Assembly: GCA_001179505.1 (NCBI GenBank)
Contig: CDMY01000353.1
Span: 41,546 to 105,545, forward strand
From: Vitrella brassicaformis CCMP3155
Lineage: Eukaryota; Protista; Chromerida
Length of the DNA stretch: 64,000 nt
Direction of reading: 5' to 3'
The translations under genes and the position numbers were made by a program. The notes beneath the pieces are model-generated. The model saw nothing but the letters and a program-made list of their open reading frames with translations. It searched no databases and was not told the DNA's origin. The first letter of the stretch is position 1. The number at the start of each line of letters is the position of its first letter. Shown here piece after piece: positions 1 through 14,768 of the stretch.

Positions 1-2713
<2,713 letters not shown>

Positions 2714-3123
2714 TTCCAGACCACAGATAGGCGTCGAAAAAGATCAGACCAGATCAGCAGGACTTAGCTGACCTGATGAATCACAGATCCCGTCAGGTGC
2801 TTCCTCATTGGCTGTCGACGATGAATCTTCTCAAGATCTGTGCTTCCTATAGCACGAGGCAGCGTCGCTGGCACCACTTCAAAAGCCTCCTTCTCCAAGC
2901 AACACCTTTAAACATGCGAGCTGAGAAACGACCCAAACTACAAGATGAAAAGGGCGAATTGAGAGCGTTGTGCTGCAGTCTGGGCAGTCTACATTGCACC
3001 CCTTGAGTTTTTGGTTCGTCGTTGGCTTCGTCCTCTCTGCTTTCCTCACCCCAACTTCAGCCTTCCCGCAGTGCAGAGCGGCCCAAAGCGGCTCGCATCT
3101 CAGCTGCAGCGACCCAATTAAGG

Positions 3124-4950
3124 ATGCCGCCCGACCAGAGCCATGACGATGCCATCGTCAGCCCCAGGCGACCCCGCCGCAAAGTGGACGTCTTCAGCCG
3201 CCTCACTGGCGATACGGATGAGGACACCCACAGGGATGTGGTGACGGTGTACAGCAAGGACTGGCACCGGGAGATGTCACGGCACGAGGCTAGCACCACG
3301 CGCTCGTCCAGGAAGACCGCATCACCCGCTGCCAGCCCTCGCAGGTGAGACACACAAGGTGTCGCTCCCACTCACACATAGACAGCCCCATGACATGATC
3401 CACATTTATTTCTCTTCACTCACCCGTCACACTGCTATCTCTCTCTCCCGATCTCTGTCTGTTCTTTCCGTCTCTCTGTCTGTCCAATAGTGCTGCCTCC
3501 GGCATGCCCCACACGGCCACAGCGTCCCCCACACATCGCGACGAGGTCCACGAAGTCCCACAACATCAGCCGGATCAAACACCGTTTTCAGCCAGGCCCC
3601 CATCGCAGGGCACCGGAGTGTCGAGGGAGTCCCGTGACGCCGCCCACAAGCTGCGTAAGATGGAGACCTTGCGCAAAATAGAGGAATTGCGTGAGACCGA
3701 CCACCAGAAGATTCTGAGCGACATCGACAGGCGAAAGCAGAGGGAGGCGCGGGCTTTTGAGGAGAGCATGAAGGCACTCAGCCGGAGGACACCGGCCACG
3801 GTGGAGGTGGGGAGGTTGCTGCGGCTGCACCGGGAGCACATCCACAAGAAACGGTCAGCCAGTCGGTCACATGAGACGGACAGACAATGACGAGTGCATT
3901 CTGTGTGGACAGAGTGTCCCTGACGGAGGACTGGAACAGGAGTGTCCTCAATCCCTTGCAGGAATACATCCAGCAGACGCTCACAGAGCCCCCCCCTCTC
4001 CCTGCTGTCATGCAAGCGGGGCCAGCCACTGAGCGCTCCCTCGAGTGGCGGAGGCGGCAGCGGGCATCCTCCCCCGCATCAGCACGGTACACACAACCGC
4101 AATGATGGATGGTGAGTTCTGTCTGTTGACTGCTGGTGTGTTTGTTCTGTGTTCAGTGAGCTGGCGGCTTCATCAGACGAAGAGCTCTTCCGTCGCACGT
4201 ATGACTCGTTCTTCTCGCCAAGGCAGCGGGAGATGGCGTACAGGTCGCAGTTTGCCCGTCGATTGCCGGCCAGAGAATCCCAAGCGTGGAAGGCCACACC
4301 ATCAGGCCGTGAGTGCCGTCCCACAATGCCCCCTGAGTCGTGGGGCGAGCTCATCCTTCTGGTAGGTATACAACCAGCTGTATACATGATCGTTCTGTGT
4401 GTACTCCTCCATCTGTCTGACTGTCAGGCGTCTCCCTTCAACCACACGCGGGATGGCGGGCCGCCTCTTGTCGGGAGGGGGAGGAATATTGGCGAGCCCA
4501 GCGACCATGACCTTCTCGTGGAAGGCATGACACCGCGGGAGCCAGCGGGGCTCAGAAAAGGCGGCGACAGGGGCATTCTCAAGCAGGGAGGTATGCACGC
4601 GCATATGACCAATTGCAGTGCACCCACACATCATGACATCATGTCGTTTACCAACACCTATGTATGTCTTTGTGCCTCGGTGTCTCTCATCAGGCAAGTT
4701 GGCTCTTCAGGGGGAGGCAAGGATGCATCTGACTGAGTATGGCGGCTCCTCGGCCGCTCCCCTGCAGGACCACTACCACTACAGCATAGGCAGGGACGTC
4801 ACTGACAGGGAGTTCTCAAAGGGCAAGCGCATCCTGCCTCCGCCATGCATCCGAGTGCTCAACCGGAAAAAGGCACGCGAGATGCCAAAAACCTTTGCGG
4901 CGGGCGAAGAGAGGACGGGGGGAGAGGAGAAGGGGAATGGAATAGAGTAG
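3124..4950 (+). CDS. Multi-exon hypothetical protein, tentatively FAM228-like
   Basis: Protein-like exons separated by microsatellite introns: MPPDQSHDD..., charged helix LRKIEELRETDHQKILSDIDRRKQRE, EDWNRSVLNPLQEYI, DHYHYSIGRDVTDREFSKGKR. The family call is from recalled motif resemblance only, and the middle exon frames are uncertain. Confidence 0.6.
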
Positions 4951-4990
4951 ACAATTAGGCAGAAAGAGAGAGAGATAGGTAGTGGTCACA

Positions 4991-6155
4991 TCATGCTGAT
5001 GACGCATGGGTGTCGATCTTCTGCCTGAGGTCGATGAGCAGTGAGTCGACGAGGGCCTTGGACAGCCCCAGCACCGAGTCAAACGCACCGTCGATCCGCT
5101 CGATGTACGGCTCAACCAATGGGTGCTCAATCATCAGACCACCTAAACACACATACACACAAGAAGCGCACACACACACACACACACACGGACACACGGA
5201 CACACGGAAAGACGGACACACGGACACACAACGCAGGGCTGCATGAACCAATCAATTGGTGTTAGAAGTTGCCCCCCACGCACCAGCACAGTGCAGGATA
5301 TCTCCCTCGTCGATGAGCTTCTGGATGATGTCGTCAGGGATGGGCTTGATGTGGATGGTCGCCGTGTCCACACCACTCACCTGCACGCACACATGCGCAC
5401 ACACGCAACACACAGTAGGTAACACGGTAAGGCGGCGCACCATTCCATCTGCTCACCTGAGTGCGTGTGTGGAGATCGGTGAGGACACATGAGCCGACTG
5501 TCTGGCAGGGCGACCGGCCGTAGCCCTCGATGAACTCCCTCGCCTCGGCGCCGTCGTGAGGCTTCTCGCGAATTCGGCCCTTCCACACAACGACCTGGTC
5601 ACCTGCACACACAAACAGTGCGGACATCCTGGCACACATGCTGGTCGCTCTCTCTGCGTGTGGTCTGACTGACCTGTGAGGAGTATCCTGTATGGCGATT
5701 CTGTGTTGGCCAGCTTGTCCAGCAGCGCCTGTGCCTTGGCCTTGGCCACCTCCAGCACCAGCTCTGAGGGACAGCTGGCGCGGTCACCCACCTGCTTCTC
5801 ATCAATGTCAGCCGACTCAAGATGCAGATCAAATCCCATCTCAGTCAAGATCTGCCTGCACACATGGAGCACATCCATCCCATGAGCAGCGCATCCATCC
5901 ATCCACCATACTATCCAGTCAATCGTTGTATGTGTGGTACCTCCTGGTTTTGCTTTTCGAGCCGACAATGAGTGGCGGGCGCCAGGGCGTCTGCCCATTG
6001 GCTGCAGACGACATGATGAGCCCTCCAGCAGCTGTCCTGTGCTGCCTGCGATGAGTGGAAGACCGCAGCAGGAAGGCGTGAGCCGGGAATGCAATGAATT
6101 GGCAGATGGCGAGGGAGAGCGATGCCACGGTGCTAAGGGAAGCGGCTGGACTCAT
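4991..6155 (-). CDS. maf: Maf/YceF-like nucleoside-triphosphate pyrophosphatase (plant-type) with bipartite leader
   Basis: Spliced: LIVGSKSKTRR|QILTEMGF..SADIDEK..EVAKAKA..LLTGDQVVVWKGRIREKP..LHCAGGLMIEHPLV..SVLGL. The DQ and CAG residues resemble the YceF (m7GTP) type. Leader MSPAASLSTVASLSLAICQFIAFPAHA-FLLRSSTHRR. Confidence 0.93.
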
Positions 6156-6263
6156 TAACAGGCCCAAACCGCGAAGATCTCATGGGCGCGCTGCGAGCTT
6201 GGCTGCGAAGACAGAAAGGGAAGACCGACAGAGCCTGTGAAGAAGCCTGTTGTAGTCTTCGTC

Positions 6264-6684
6264 ATGCCTCGTGTGCAGCGGTATCCGGCATCTCCAGTGC
6301 AGGAGATCTTCCTGAAGGAGAAGCTGCCGTTCGCCCAGTATGACCCCACCACGGAGGCCAAGGAGGCACCTGCACCCGCCACGCTCGACTTTGATCAGTG
6401 CGTCACTCTCAAGGCCAAATACGAAGACACACTCAAAAGGTCAGTCACACACAAGGCGGCACGAGAGCAATGACGATGGCTGCACTGCTACCTTCGCTGT
6501 TGGTTTGTTGTGTTTGCAGTGTGACGGCGGGCAGCATTTTGCCTGAGCAGGCGGCCGACAGCGAAGTGGCGTTCCAGTCATGCCTCTCACAGCTGGGTGA
6601 GTGAGCCAACTGTCAAGCAGGCCAGGCACATAATATACCGCCACAGTGTGTTTCGCTCATCTCCCTCCGCCTCTGTTGGTTGCA

Positions 6685-6717
<33 letters not shown>

Positions 6718-6886
6718 GTGTGCAGGGATTGCGCACATCAAGGCGACCGATGCGTCATGGCAGGAGCTGAAGAGGGGGATGGTGGATAAGATTGACTTCG
6801 ACAAGCTGAGTGAGCAGGACCCCCGGCAGAAGACCCTCAAATGGACCGTTCCCAGCATCAACCTGGCCAAGAAGTATGGCGTGTGA
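6264..6886 (+). CDS. Homolog of a myzozoan-specific mitochondrial ATP synthase subunit (Toxoplasma ATPTG11-like), 3 exons, ~138 aa
   Basis: Spliced MPRVQRYPASPVQEIFLKEKLPFAQYD...QC..KYE...SC...VPSINLAKKYGV. N-terminal QRYPASPVQEIFL and C-terminal VPSI..KY match the T. gondii subunit as I recall it; the exact subunit number needs BLAST confirmation. Confidence 0.7.
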
Positions 6887-7756
6887 TGGTGTGGTGCTGT
6901 CCTGCTGCCTCTGATGCCCCTGCTGACTTGATTGCTCTTGGAAGGTTGCTCGATGACGGGGGAGGGAGGATCTCTCAATGGTGTCAGAGAGAGATGTGTA
7001 TGTGTGGTTGCCCTACTGGTTGTACCAAGCGTCACGCCGGGAGCGGGACGGCTAGACTGCAGCCATACTCGCATAGGCCAGACTCCTTCCACGCTTGTCT
7101 GGAAGCTGCCTCGTCTATGTGGGTGTGGCGTGGGTCCAGCCATCTCTCTCCTGTCCATGTGACGCGTGGCCGATACAATATACAAGTGCCCTTGCTGTGT
7201 TGCCGGTTTTTTGGTCATGTGCACAATGGACACGTGCTTTGATCTTACTGATTGGATTTGATTGAATGGCACCTTCCTTCACTCGAGGGTGTCACGTCAT
7301 GCAGTGGTTACAGGCAGAAAGAGACGGTCATAGCCGATCAGACAGAGAGAGAGAGAGGGATACAGGCAGGTGCGGAAGTAGCAAAGCAGTGCAAGCCGGC
7401 GCTTGAGCAACGAACAAAGTCTCTGTACAACAGCTCATCCATCCATCCATGGCAGCTGCATGTGTCGGTCATCAAGTAACGTCGAACCGGTGCTCCGTGC
7501 GTGCACAGTTGTCGTTCCGACGTTACTTGACGACTCCCACATGCAGCTCCGCAGGACCATGAGTGTGTGTCTCCATTCTTCCTCCATATCCATCATGGCT
7601 ACAGCTACAGACAATGTCCGTCGTCAAAGCGATATCTGCCGCCACAAACACACACACATACACCCACCCGCAGGCACACGCACACGAGCATACGTACCGT
7701 CTATTCTTCAATGCGGTCGCTTCCCACCTGTGTGTTGTACTTAGGTGGTCTTGGAT

Positions 7757-8546
7757 CTATTTGGCTTTGAGTGCCACGAGCAGCGCGTTGGTGACCACGG
7801 TCATCTCGTTGAATGCCTTCGCCACCTCGCCGACCAGCTCCAGCATGTCCTCCTTGCCACTCCAGGCCTCGACCAGCGACATCGCATACGCCTCCCCCTC
7901 CAGACCCGCCCCCTTCAGCTCCTCCTTCAACTCGTCCTCGGGCGACGGGTCAGTGCTCGCCTCGAAGCCCTCACGGCCACTGGTGGGGTGGAACATGCCA
8001 CCACGCAACCGCAGAACCAGGTGCAGGGTGGATTCCAGCTTGATGTTGTAGTACATGAGCATCAGGTTGTCCTCCAGCTGTCTGCCGCCGAACATCAGGC
8101 GCTGCGAGTCGACAGGGATGTCCTCCTTGTCCTGCAGCTGGCGCTTGATGGCCAACACCGAGTCGTCCAGCTGAACATCGAGGGTGACGGTCTTGCCTAC
8201 AATGACAGCAAACATGCATACACACATCCGATCACGTGTGCAGCCCAGCCGGGGCGTGCCGATCATCCTGACCATGGAGTGTTTTGACGAAGATCTGCGT
8301 CCCTCCACGCTCCTTGGCCTCCTCAGCCACCTCTCTGGCCATCTCACGCATCTTGTCGGCGCCTTCTTTGGCCTCCGCCTTGAGGTGCTGCAGATGGTGC
8401 ACCTGCTCGTCCACCGGCTTGTCCGCGAGAGCCTTGAGCGCGTCGCGGTGACCATGCTCTGCATGGCCAACAACGCCCTTCTGCACCATTACCAGCCCCT
8501 CCCAAGCGTGGCACAGTCTGGCAAGCGCCTTGCCGCTCTCAAGCAT
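7757..8546 (-). CDS. Ubiquitin-like domain protein with an internal Ubl and helical N- and C-terminal extensions, 2 exons
   Basis: ...[14 protein letters not shown]|[76 protein letters not shown] phase-1 GT-AG intron lies at about 8199-8274. Confidence 0.9.
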
Positions 8547-8646
8547 GGCGAAATTCAAAAGTTGTTGAGCTCGCATTCAGACGTTGGGGCGCCCAGGCAA
8601 GAGTGTTTACATCCTCACAGGATCTGGCAAATATTCAATATATTCA

Positions 8647-11600
8647 ATGGAGCGTGGAGGGTTTCGCATCGTTCCCGACTTTTGGAGGGAGTACAGGAAG
8701 GGTAAACTGCTGGGCAGGGGAGGCATCGCATCCGTCTTCGAATGCGTCGACACCTGCGGCCGGCAATGGGCAGTCAAGCAGATCCCGAAACAGACACAAA
8801 GGTATGCGCATTCCATGCCACACAGCACCACACAGAGCCCCTGGCAGAGGCAGCGCATTGGATCTTTGTGTGCAGACTATGTTGTGAGGAAAGCTACTTC
8901 CGGGATGTGTATCGCATCCTGAAGAGCCCCGCGGCCAGGCACCCAAATCTCGTGACCATCTATGACGTTGTTGAGGACCAGAACTACTTCTACATCATCA
9001 TGGAACGACTAGAGGTGCGGAAACAAACCAGAACGCATCGGCAGATGTGAATGGAGTAGAGTGTGTGCGGTGGTCTGTTGGTAGGGCCCTGGTCTGTTTG
9101 AGTTGCTGTGGACGTATCAAAGAGGCGACGCGCCCGAGTGGCTGGCACAGAAAGTCGCCCGGGACATCCTCAAAGCCGTCCGCCACCTGCAGACCATTGG
9201 CGTCAGCACACACGCACACACCTACACACAACAAGACCCATATCTACCCTCATGTGCGTGTTTCTAAATCCATTCTGTCGGCAGATATATCATCGCGACA
9301 TCAAGCCCGACAACATCACCTTCCGTAGGCCTGTTTCGAGTGCTCTCGGCACCATGCCAGACTCCAATGACGCCGTGCTCCTCGACTATGACTTCGTGCT
9401 GCTCGTGGGCCGCCACGGTGGCGGACAGCTGGCCGAGAAGGGGAGCGTCAGGGTGACTCCACAGGGGACCGTGCCATACATGGTGGGTGAGTGGGATGGG
9501 GGGAGAAGGGGGAGGCTGGCTGGTCTGGTCTTTGATGTGTGTGTGTGTGTGTGTGTGTGGTTTGTGGCTGGTCTGTCTGTGTCTGCAGGCCCCTGAGGTG
9601 TTTGAGGGCAACTACAGCATCCAGGCGGAGCTTTACTCGACCGGCATTCTCCTGTAGGCCATCCTTCCACTAGACGTGAAGATCCCTTCATTCAGAATAC
9701 CCATCACATGCCGCTTGTACTTTCGTGCCAGGTTTGTGATGCTAACAATGCATTTACCCTATGATGTGAAGTCTGCAAAGCCGCTCGACAAGGTCTTCCA
9801 CACCATCAGACAGGTAGGTAAAGGACCATACACAAACGCCCGCAGACAGGCCTCATCCATCTCCCCCTCCTTCACTTGTCAGAGTGTGGATGGCCGTCGT
9901 CTGCGAGAGAGCCTGCCGAGCCGCAGCTCGGCTGCGGTGGACCTCATCACCTCCCTCCTCGCTTTCGACGTCAACCACAGATGCCCCGATGGTGAGTCGA
10001 GTAACCAAAGCACCCGCGCCCCGCACAACCTGCAATCCCCTCGCTCTTTGCAGTGGAGTCTGCCCTGCGAAGCCCGTGGCTGCGTGAGGCGTCTTTGACG
10101 ACCCCACGCGCTTCCCAGCCTTCACGCCCCACATACCTCTCGTGCAACGAGTCCTCCCCCGGCCCCCCGCCCCAGCTGAGTCTCTCCCATGCCCAACCAG
10201 GTCCCGCCACCACCTCGCCCCTCAAACGCAAGATCAAGCAGCCATCTCGACTCACATGGCGGGCCAACCCACTGCTGAGGAGCCCTCAGAGACAGCCTGA
10301 GGTCAAGAAGAGGACCACCACCACACAAGGCCCGACACCAGGGCTGTTGCAGCTGCCGACTGGGGGTGGCCAGAATCGTGGTGCTGGTGTTGGCAATACC
10401 AGAGAGAGGACAGGGGCGAGGCTCGGCGCTCAGCACACGAGAGCGAGTGACGGCGGTAGAGGGCGCATTGGAGGGCGCAGCGAGGATCTGTCGACCGCTG
10501 CATCGATGGCCCAGCGCGACCCCGTCATCAGCCCCCGCATCCCATACGAGCAGCTGACCCCTGTCCGCTCATCGCTGAGGCGGCGCGAGGGGCTATCCCC
10601 AGTCATCGAGTCGCCCATCAAGCACATCAACATGCGAGATGACCACACCAAGAGGCAGCCCAAGCACACCGGGCCCACTGCCGCCATGAGGAGGGATGAC
10701 GTTGGCGTGAGGAGGGAAAGGAGGGCCCCTGCTGCTGCTGCTGGTGGTGGTGGTGGGGGGGATGGGGCAAGGAAGGGCGATGGAGATGTGGGCGTGGGTG
10801 CTTTGCAGCGGGATGGTCGCAAAGAGGGGGTGGTGCCGACTTGGAGGCAGGTGTGTGCCGCTGAGACGCCGCACAGAGAGACCCTCCCCAAGAGGCTCAA
10901 GGATCGCAGCGCATCGCAGGCACCCACCGGAAAGCCACCTGAAGGCACTCGGGTACACACAGACAGAGACAGAGAACAGGGGGCAGCACAACACCGGACG
11001 TCACTCTCTCTTCACGTGTCTGTGTGTGTGTCTGTCTGTCTCATTCATGTGCCTGCCAGGCCTCTCCCTTCCCTCCCCTCGCCCATCAGCCGCCGCCGCG
11101 TCCACCAGGCGTACCCTTTCGCCTGCAGCTCAACCTGGCCGGCCCCGTCCCACTCCCACCACCCGAGCGGCTGAGGGCAAGTCCCATGGTCGTCCCGAGA
11201 CTCAGCCTCAACCCGCCACCACCTCCACCTCCACCCATGACAAAGCAGATGCCCGTCCACGTGCAGTCCACCGCCACAAGCACTCCAGTGCCCCCTACCC
11301 CGGCTCCTCCATTTCTACCGCCGGCACTCATCTCGCCCCGTGTCGTGTCGATGGCCGAGAAGCAGGCAGTGAGGGCCAGACAGGTGGTGCTGTGCAGCAG
11401 CAGCGGTGCTGCGAGGGGGCCTCCTCCACCGCCCCTGATCAGGGGGGCAGATGCGCACGTGTCGCGGATGAGGGTAGCGGCGAGTATGGAGCACCTGCTG
11501 GGGCCGGGACCGCCATCCACCGCACCTGTGCATCGACACAGAGAAGGTACACCGACAGAACACAACACGTGAAGGCAATGTGTGTGGCGTACGTGTTGTG

Positions 11601-11697
11601 GTTGTGTGGTTGTGTGGTCGTGTGTGCAGGTCAGAGGGAGGTGCCCGCCACGGCTGGTGTGAGGGATGTCGGGCGGCCACTGAGTAGGGTAGGCTAG
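8647..11697 (+). CDS. CAMK-like Ser/Thr protein kinase with atypical DYD (for DFG) and a long Pro/Arg-rich C-terminal tail, multi-exon
   Basis: GRGGIASV, WAVKQIPK, HPNLVTIYDV, HRDIKPDN, LLDYDF, GTVPYM|APE, ELYSTG. The 3' exon structure is less certain. Confidence 0.9.
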
Positions 11698-12072
11698 ACA
11701 GAGGGGGGATGGACAGGACATGCAGCGGTATGTACCTCTCCTCGCTGCCTCGACAGACAGTAGATCGTAGATACGCATGCCACGCCCAGACGTGACGCGG
11801 ACTTGCTCAAACCGTCGCAGTGACACGGCATGGCAGCACGCATTTGTTCATTCACTCAGTCACTCAGTCAAATTGTCGGTAGAGTCCCTCCCTCCGCACA
11901 TGACCCATCGGACCGTCCAATGCCACGCCACATGGACCCACCCACCCACCACCATGTATCACGCTGGGTTGAAATCAGCCACGCACACGCACGCGTCGAA
12001 AAGAAGGACCGACGGGAGAAAGCAGGCAGGCAGGCAGGCAGGCAGAGGCGGGGTCTTGCATGGTATGTTGAC

Positions 12073-12174
12073 TTAGTCGAAGAGTGAGAAGCCCATGTCC
12101 TCGTCCTCCTCCTCTTCCTCCTGTGTGCAGCCAACCACACCACAGACAGACAGACAGACAGTATGAGGGCAGCC

Positions 12175-12205
<31 letters not shown>

Positions 12206-12752
12206 AGTGGTGGCTGGTCTGACCTCCTTCTTCTCTTCCTCCTTGGCCTCCTCCGCCGCGACAGCTGCGCCACCTGCGCACACACACAGACACGCAATAC
12301 ACAGAGGGTGAGAGCATCAGGTTGTCGTTCGCCGATCGGTCAGCGCCTGGATGAGCGTGTGTTGTTTGGTCCTTACCTGCGGCAGGTGCAGCTCCTCCAG
12401 CAGCGACAGCAGCTCCGCCACCGCCACCAGTGGGCACAGACTGGAGCTTCGTCAGACCATCAGCAATCACCTGAATTGAACACACCACACCGTCGCACAA
12501 ACACAAGTGTGCCCACACAGCGACACCCCCAGTGACGTGTTTCACGCAGATCTTTCCTCCCCTCGCTTCCCCTGCCCTCCCACCGACCTCGTGAGGTGAC
12601 TTGCCCTCCATCTCGCTGAGAAGCTTCTCCAGGATGTCCGAGTCGACGTCGATGGCCACCGACGACAGGATGTTCTCGATGTCGGACGCGGACGGGCTCT
12701 CGTTGCCGCCCAGCACCGCCATCAGATACGCAGCAACGTACTTCATCGCCAT
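12073..12752 (-). CDS. RPLP2: 60S acidic ribosomal protein P2
   Basis: M(AM)KYVAAYLMAVLGGNESPSASDIENILSSVAIDVD...Ala/Gly hinge...EEEEEDEDMGFSLFD*, four exons. Confidence 0.98.
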
Positions 12753-13123
12753 TTTGACGCAGAGCGAGGCGCAGATCAGATCTGCCTTGCGAGCTAAACA
12801 TGACCAAACCACTGGCCGAACGCGATCGGGCGAGATTTGAAGACAGGGGAGGAGTGCGAGGCGCTGCACGAGTCCTTGCCCAGCATCCTTAGAGCACCCT
12901 TGGCTCCGCAGACCGCCGTACCCGTTCGCTGTGCTTGTGTCTGTGAGCCTGCCCTCCTCTCTACATCCCTCGGCCGCACTCATCTCCTCGTGCGTCCACA
13001 GGTCGAAGGTGCTGCCCGAGATAAAGATGAAGCTACGAGGGAAGGTGGCTGGGCTTTGACTTTTGAGCGCAGAGGTCTATGAAGCAACGAGGTGCCCGCG
13101 CTTTCCCTCTCACTACTACCAGG

Positions 13124-14768
13124 ATGAGGGTGCTGATGATGGCCGTCACGCGGAATTTGGTGCTGATGATTCTTTGTGGGGCGTGGACCTGTTCACAGCA
13201 GGTACACACACTGTCAGAGGCCATCATTTGATGCTTCAGTGTGCAGGGCCAACTTGTGTGTTTCAGGTGCATTTGCGCCGTGTGCAGGAGGCCTCTCCGC
13301 CGAACGGCACGTCGCTGTCTTCGTCAGAGTATGAGGGGCTGCTCGGCCTGGTTGGCAACGGCACTACACAGCTCACCTCACTCTACCGGTAGACACGCAC
13401 ATCATGCCAACAGAGAAAGCTAATGGGCCGATTCCGTCTGTGTGTGTGTTGGTGTGTATGTGTTGTGTAGGACGTCTGTGCACGGCACCTCCTATCTCGA
13501 TCTGCTGGACAAAGTGGGCGACGCGAAGCCTCTCGTGTTGGTGATTCGCAAGGACAAGTATGTGTTCGGCGGCTTTATCAATTGCGGCATACAGCTGCCC
13601 GACGACCCCACCGACTGGCACAGATACGACTGTGATACGTGGTATTTCTCGCTGGCCGGCCACTTCACCCAGCCGACCAAGATAGACATCACCGGACGGG
13701 GTCAGATTAATGAAGTAAATAATCAGTGGGTGCTTGTGGCGGGGAGAAACGCGGATGTGGGGGCGAGTGCAAAAGTGTTTGTCGGTGGGGATCTGCATCT
13801 GGGCTGGGGTGACAATGAGCGGCCTGCCGCAGACATTCGCAGCTGCTCTCAGTGGCTTCACGGCAACGATTTGCCTGAGGGCTACACGGGAGAGACGATG
13901 TACCAAGGAGGTGCTGTGTTCGGTGGGTCAGAAAAATTCATGGCTGACGAGATCGAGGTGCTGCAGGTGGGCAGTGATATGGCCTCCGCTGACACGGAAG
14001 AGGTATGTAGACACGCCATCCGCCCGTTCACTCGATCGATGCTTGGTGTGCATCCCTCGCTGATTATTCCCAGGCTTCTGTACAGGGATCCCTGCCTGAC
14101 GAGGCGTCGCTGCCTGCGTCAGAACATGAGGGGCTGCTCGGCCTGCTGGGCAATGACACCACAGACCTCATCTCACTCTACCGGTAGACACACACATCTC
14201 ATGCCGTGATGCCAACAGCTGCCAGACGGCTCGCGCTCTCTCTCTCCCCCCCTCTGTGTGTGTGTGTGTGTGTGTGTGTAGTACGTCTGAGCACGGCACC
14301 ACCTACGATGACCTGCTGGACTCAGTGGGCGACGCAAAGCCTCTCGTGTTGGTGATCAAGAAGGATGAGTATATCTTCAGCGTCTACATCAGTGCCGGCC
14401 TCCGGCTGCCTGACGAGCCGACTGGCGACCATGAGTACGATTGTGATGTGTGGTGGTTCTCACTGGCCGGGCATTTTCCTACACCGACCAAGATCGACAT
14501 CGGCCGAGGTCAGTGGGTGCATGTAGCGGGGAGGCAGGGAAATGCGGGTGGTGCGAATGTGCACATCGGTGGGATGCTGGATCTGGGCTGGGGTGGAAGT
14601 GTGTCTGGCCGGCCTGCTGCCGACATCCGCAGCTGCTCTCAGTCGACTGACAGCGACGATCTGCCTGCGGGCTACACGGGAGAGTGGGAGTATGGCGATG
14701 CTGCCTTGGGTGGGTCGTATGAGTTCATGGCGGATGAGATAGAGGTGCTGCATTTGGTGGGGCTGTGA
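13124..14768 (+). CDS. Signal-peptide-bearing protein with two tandem TLDc-like domains, 5 exons
   Basis: Exon 1 MRVLMMAVTRNLVLMILCGAWTCSQQ. Both repeats read SLYR|TS.HG...VGDAKPLVLVI.KD.Y.F...WYFSLAGHF..PTKID...FMADEIEVL, with the same intron position. The linker splice at about 14003-14073 is in frame. Confidence 0.85.

Noticed and set aside
6237-6886. Apparent bacterial-style ATGA overlap between a 78-aa ORF (6237-6473) and a following ORF
   Set aside because: The overlap lies inside a GT-AG intron (about 6440-6519); splicing gives one continuous protein.
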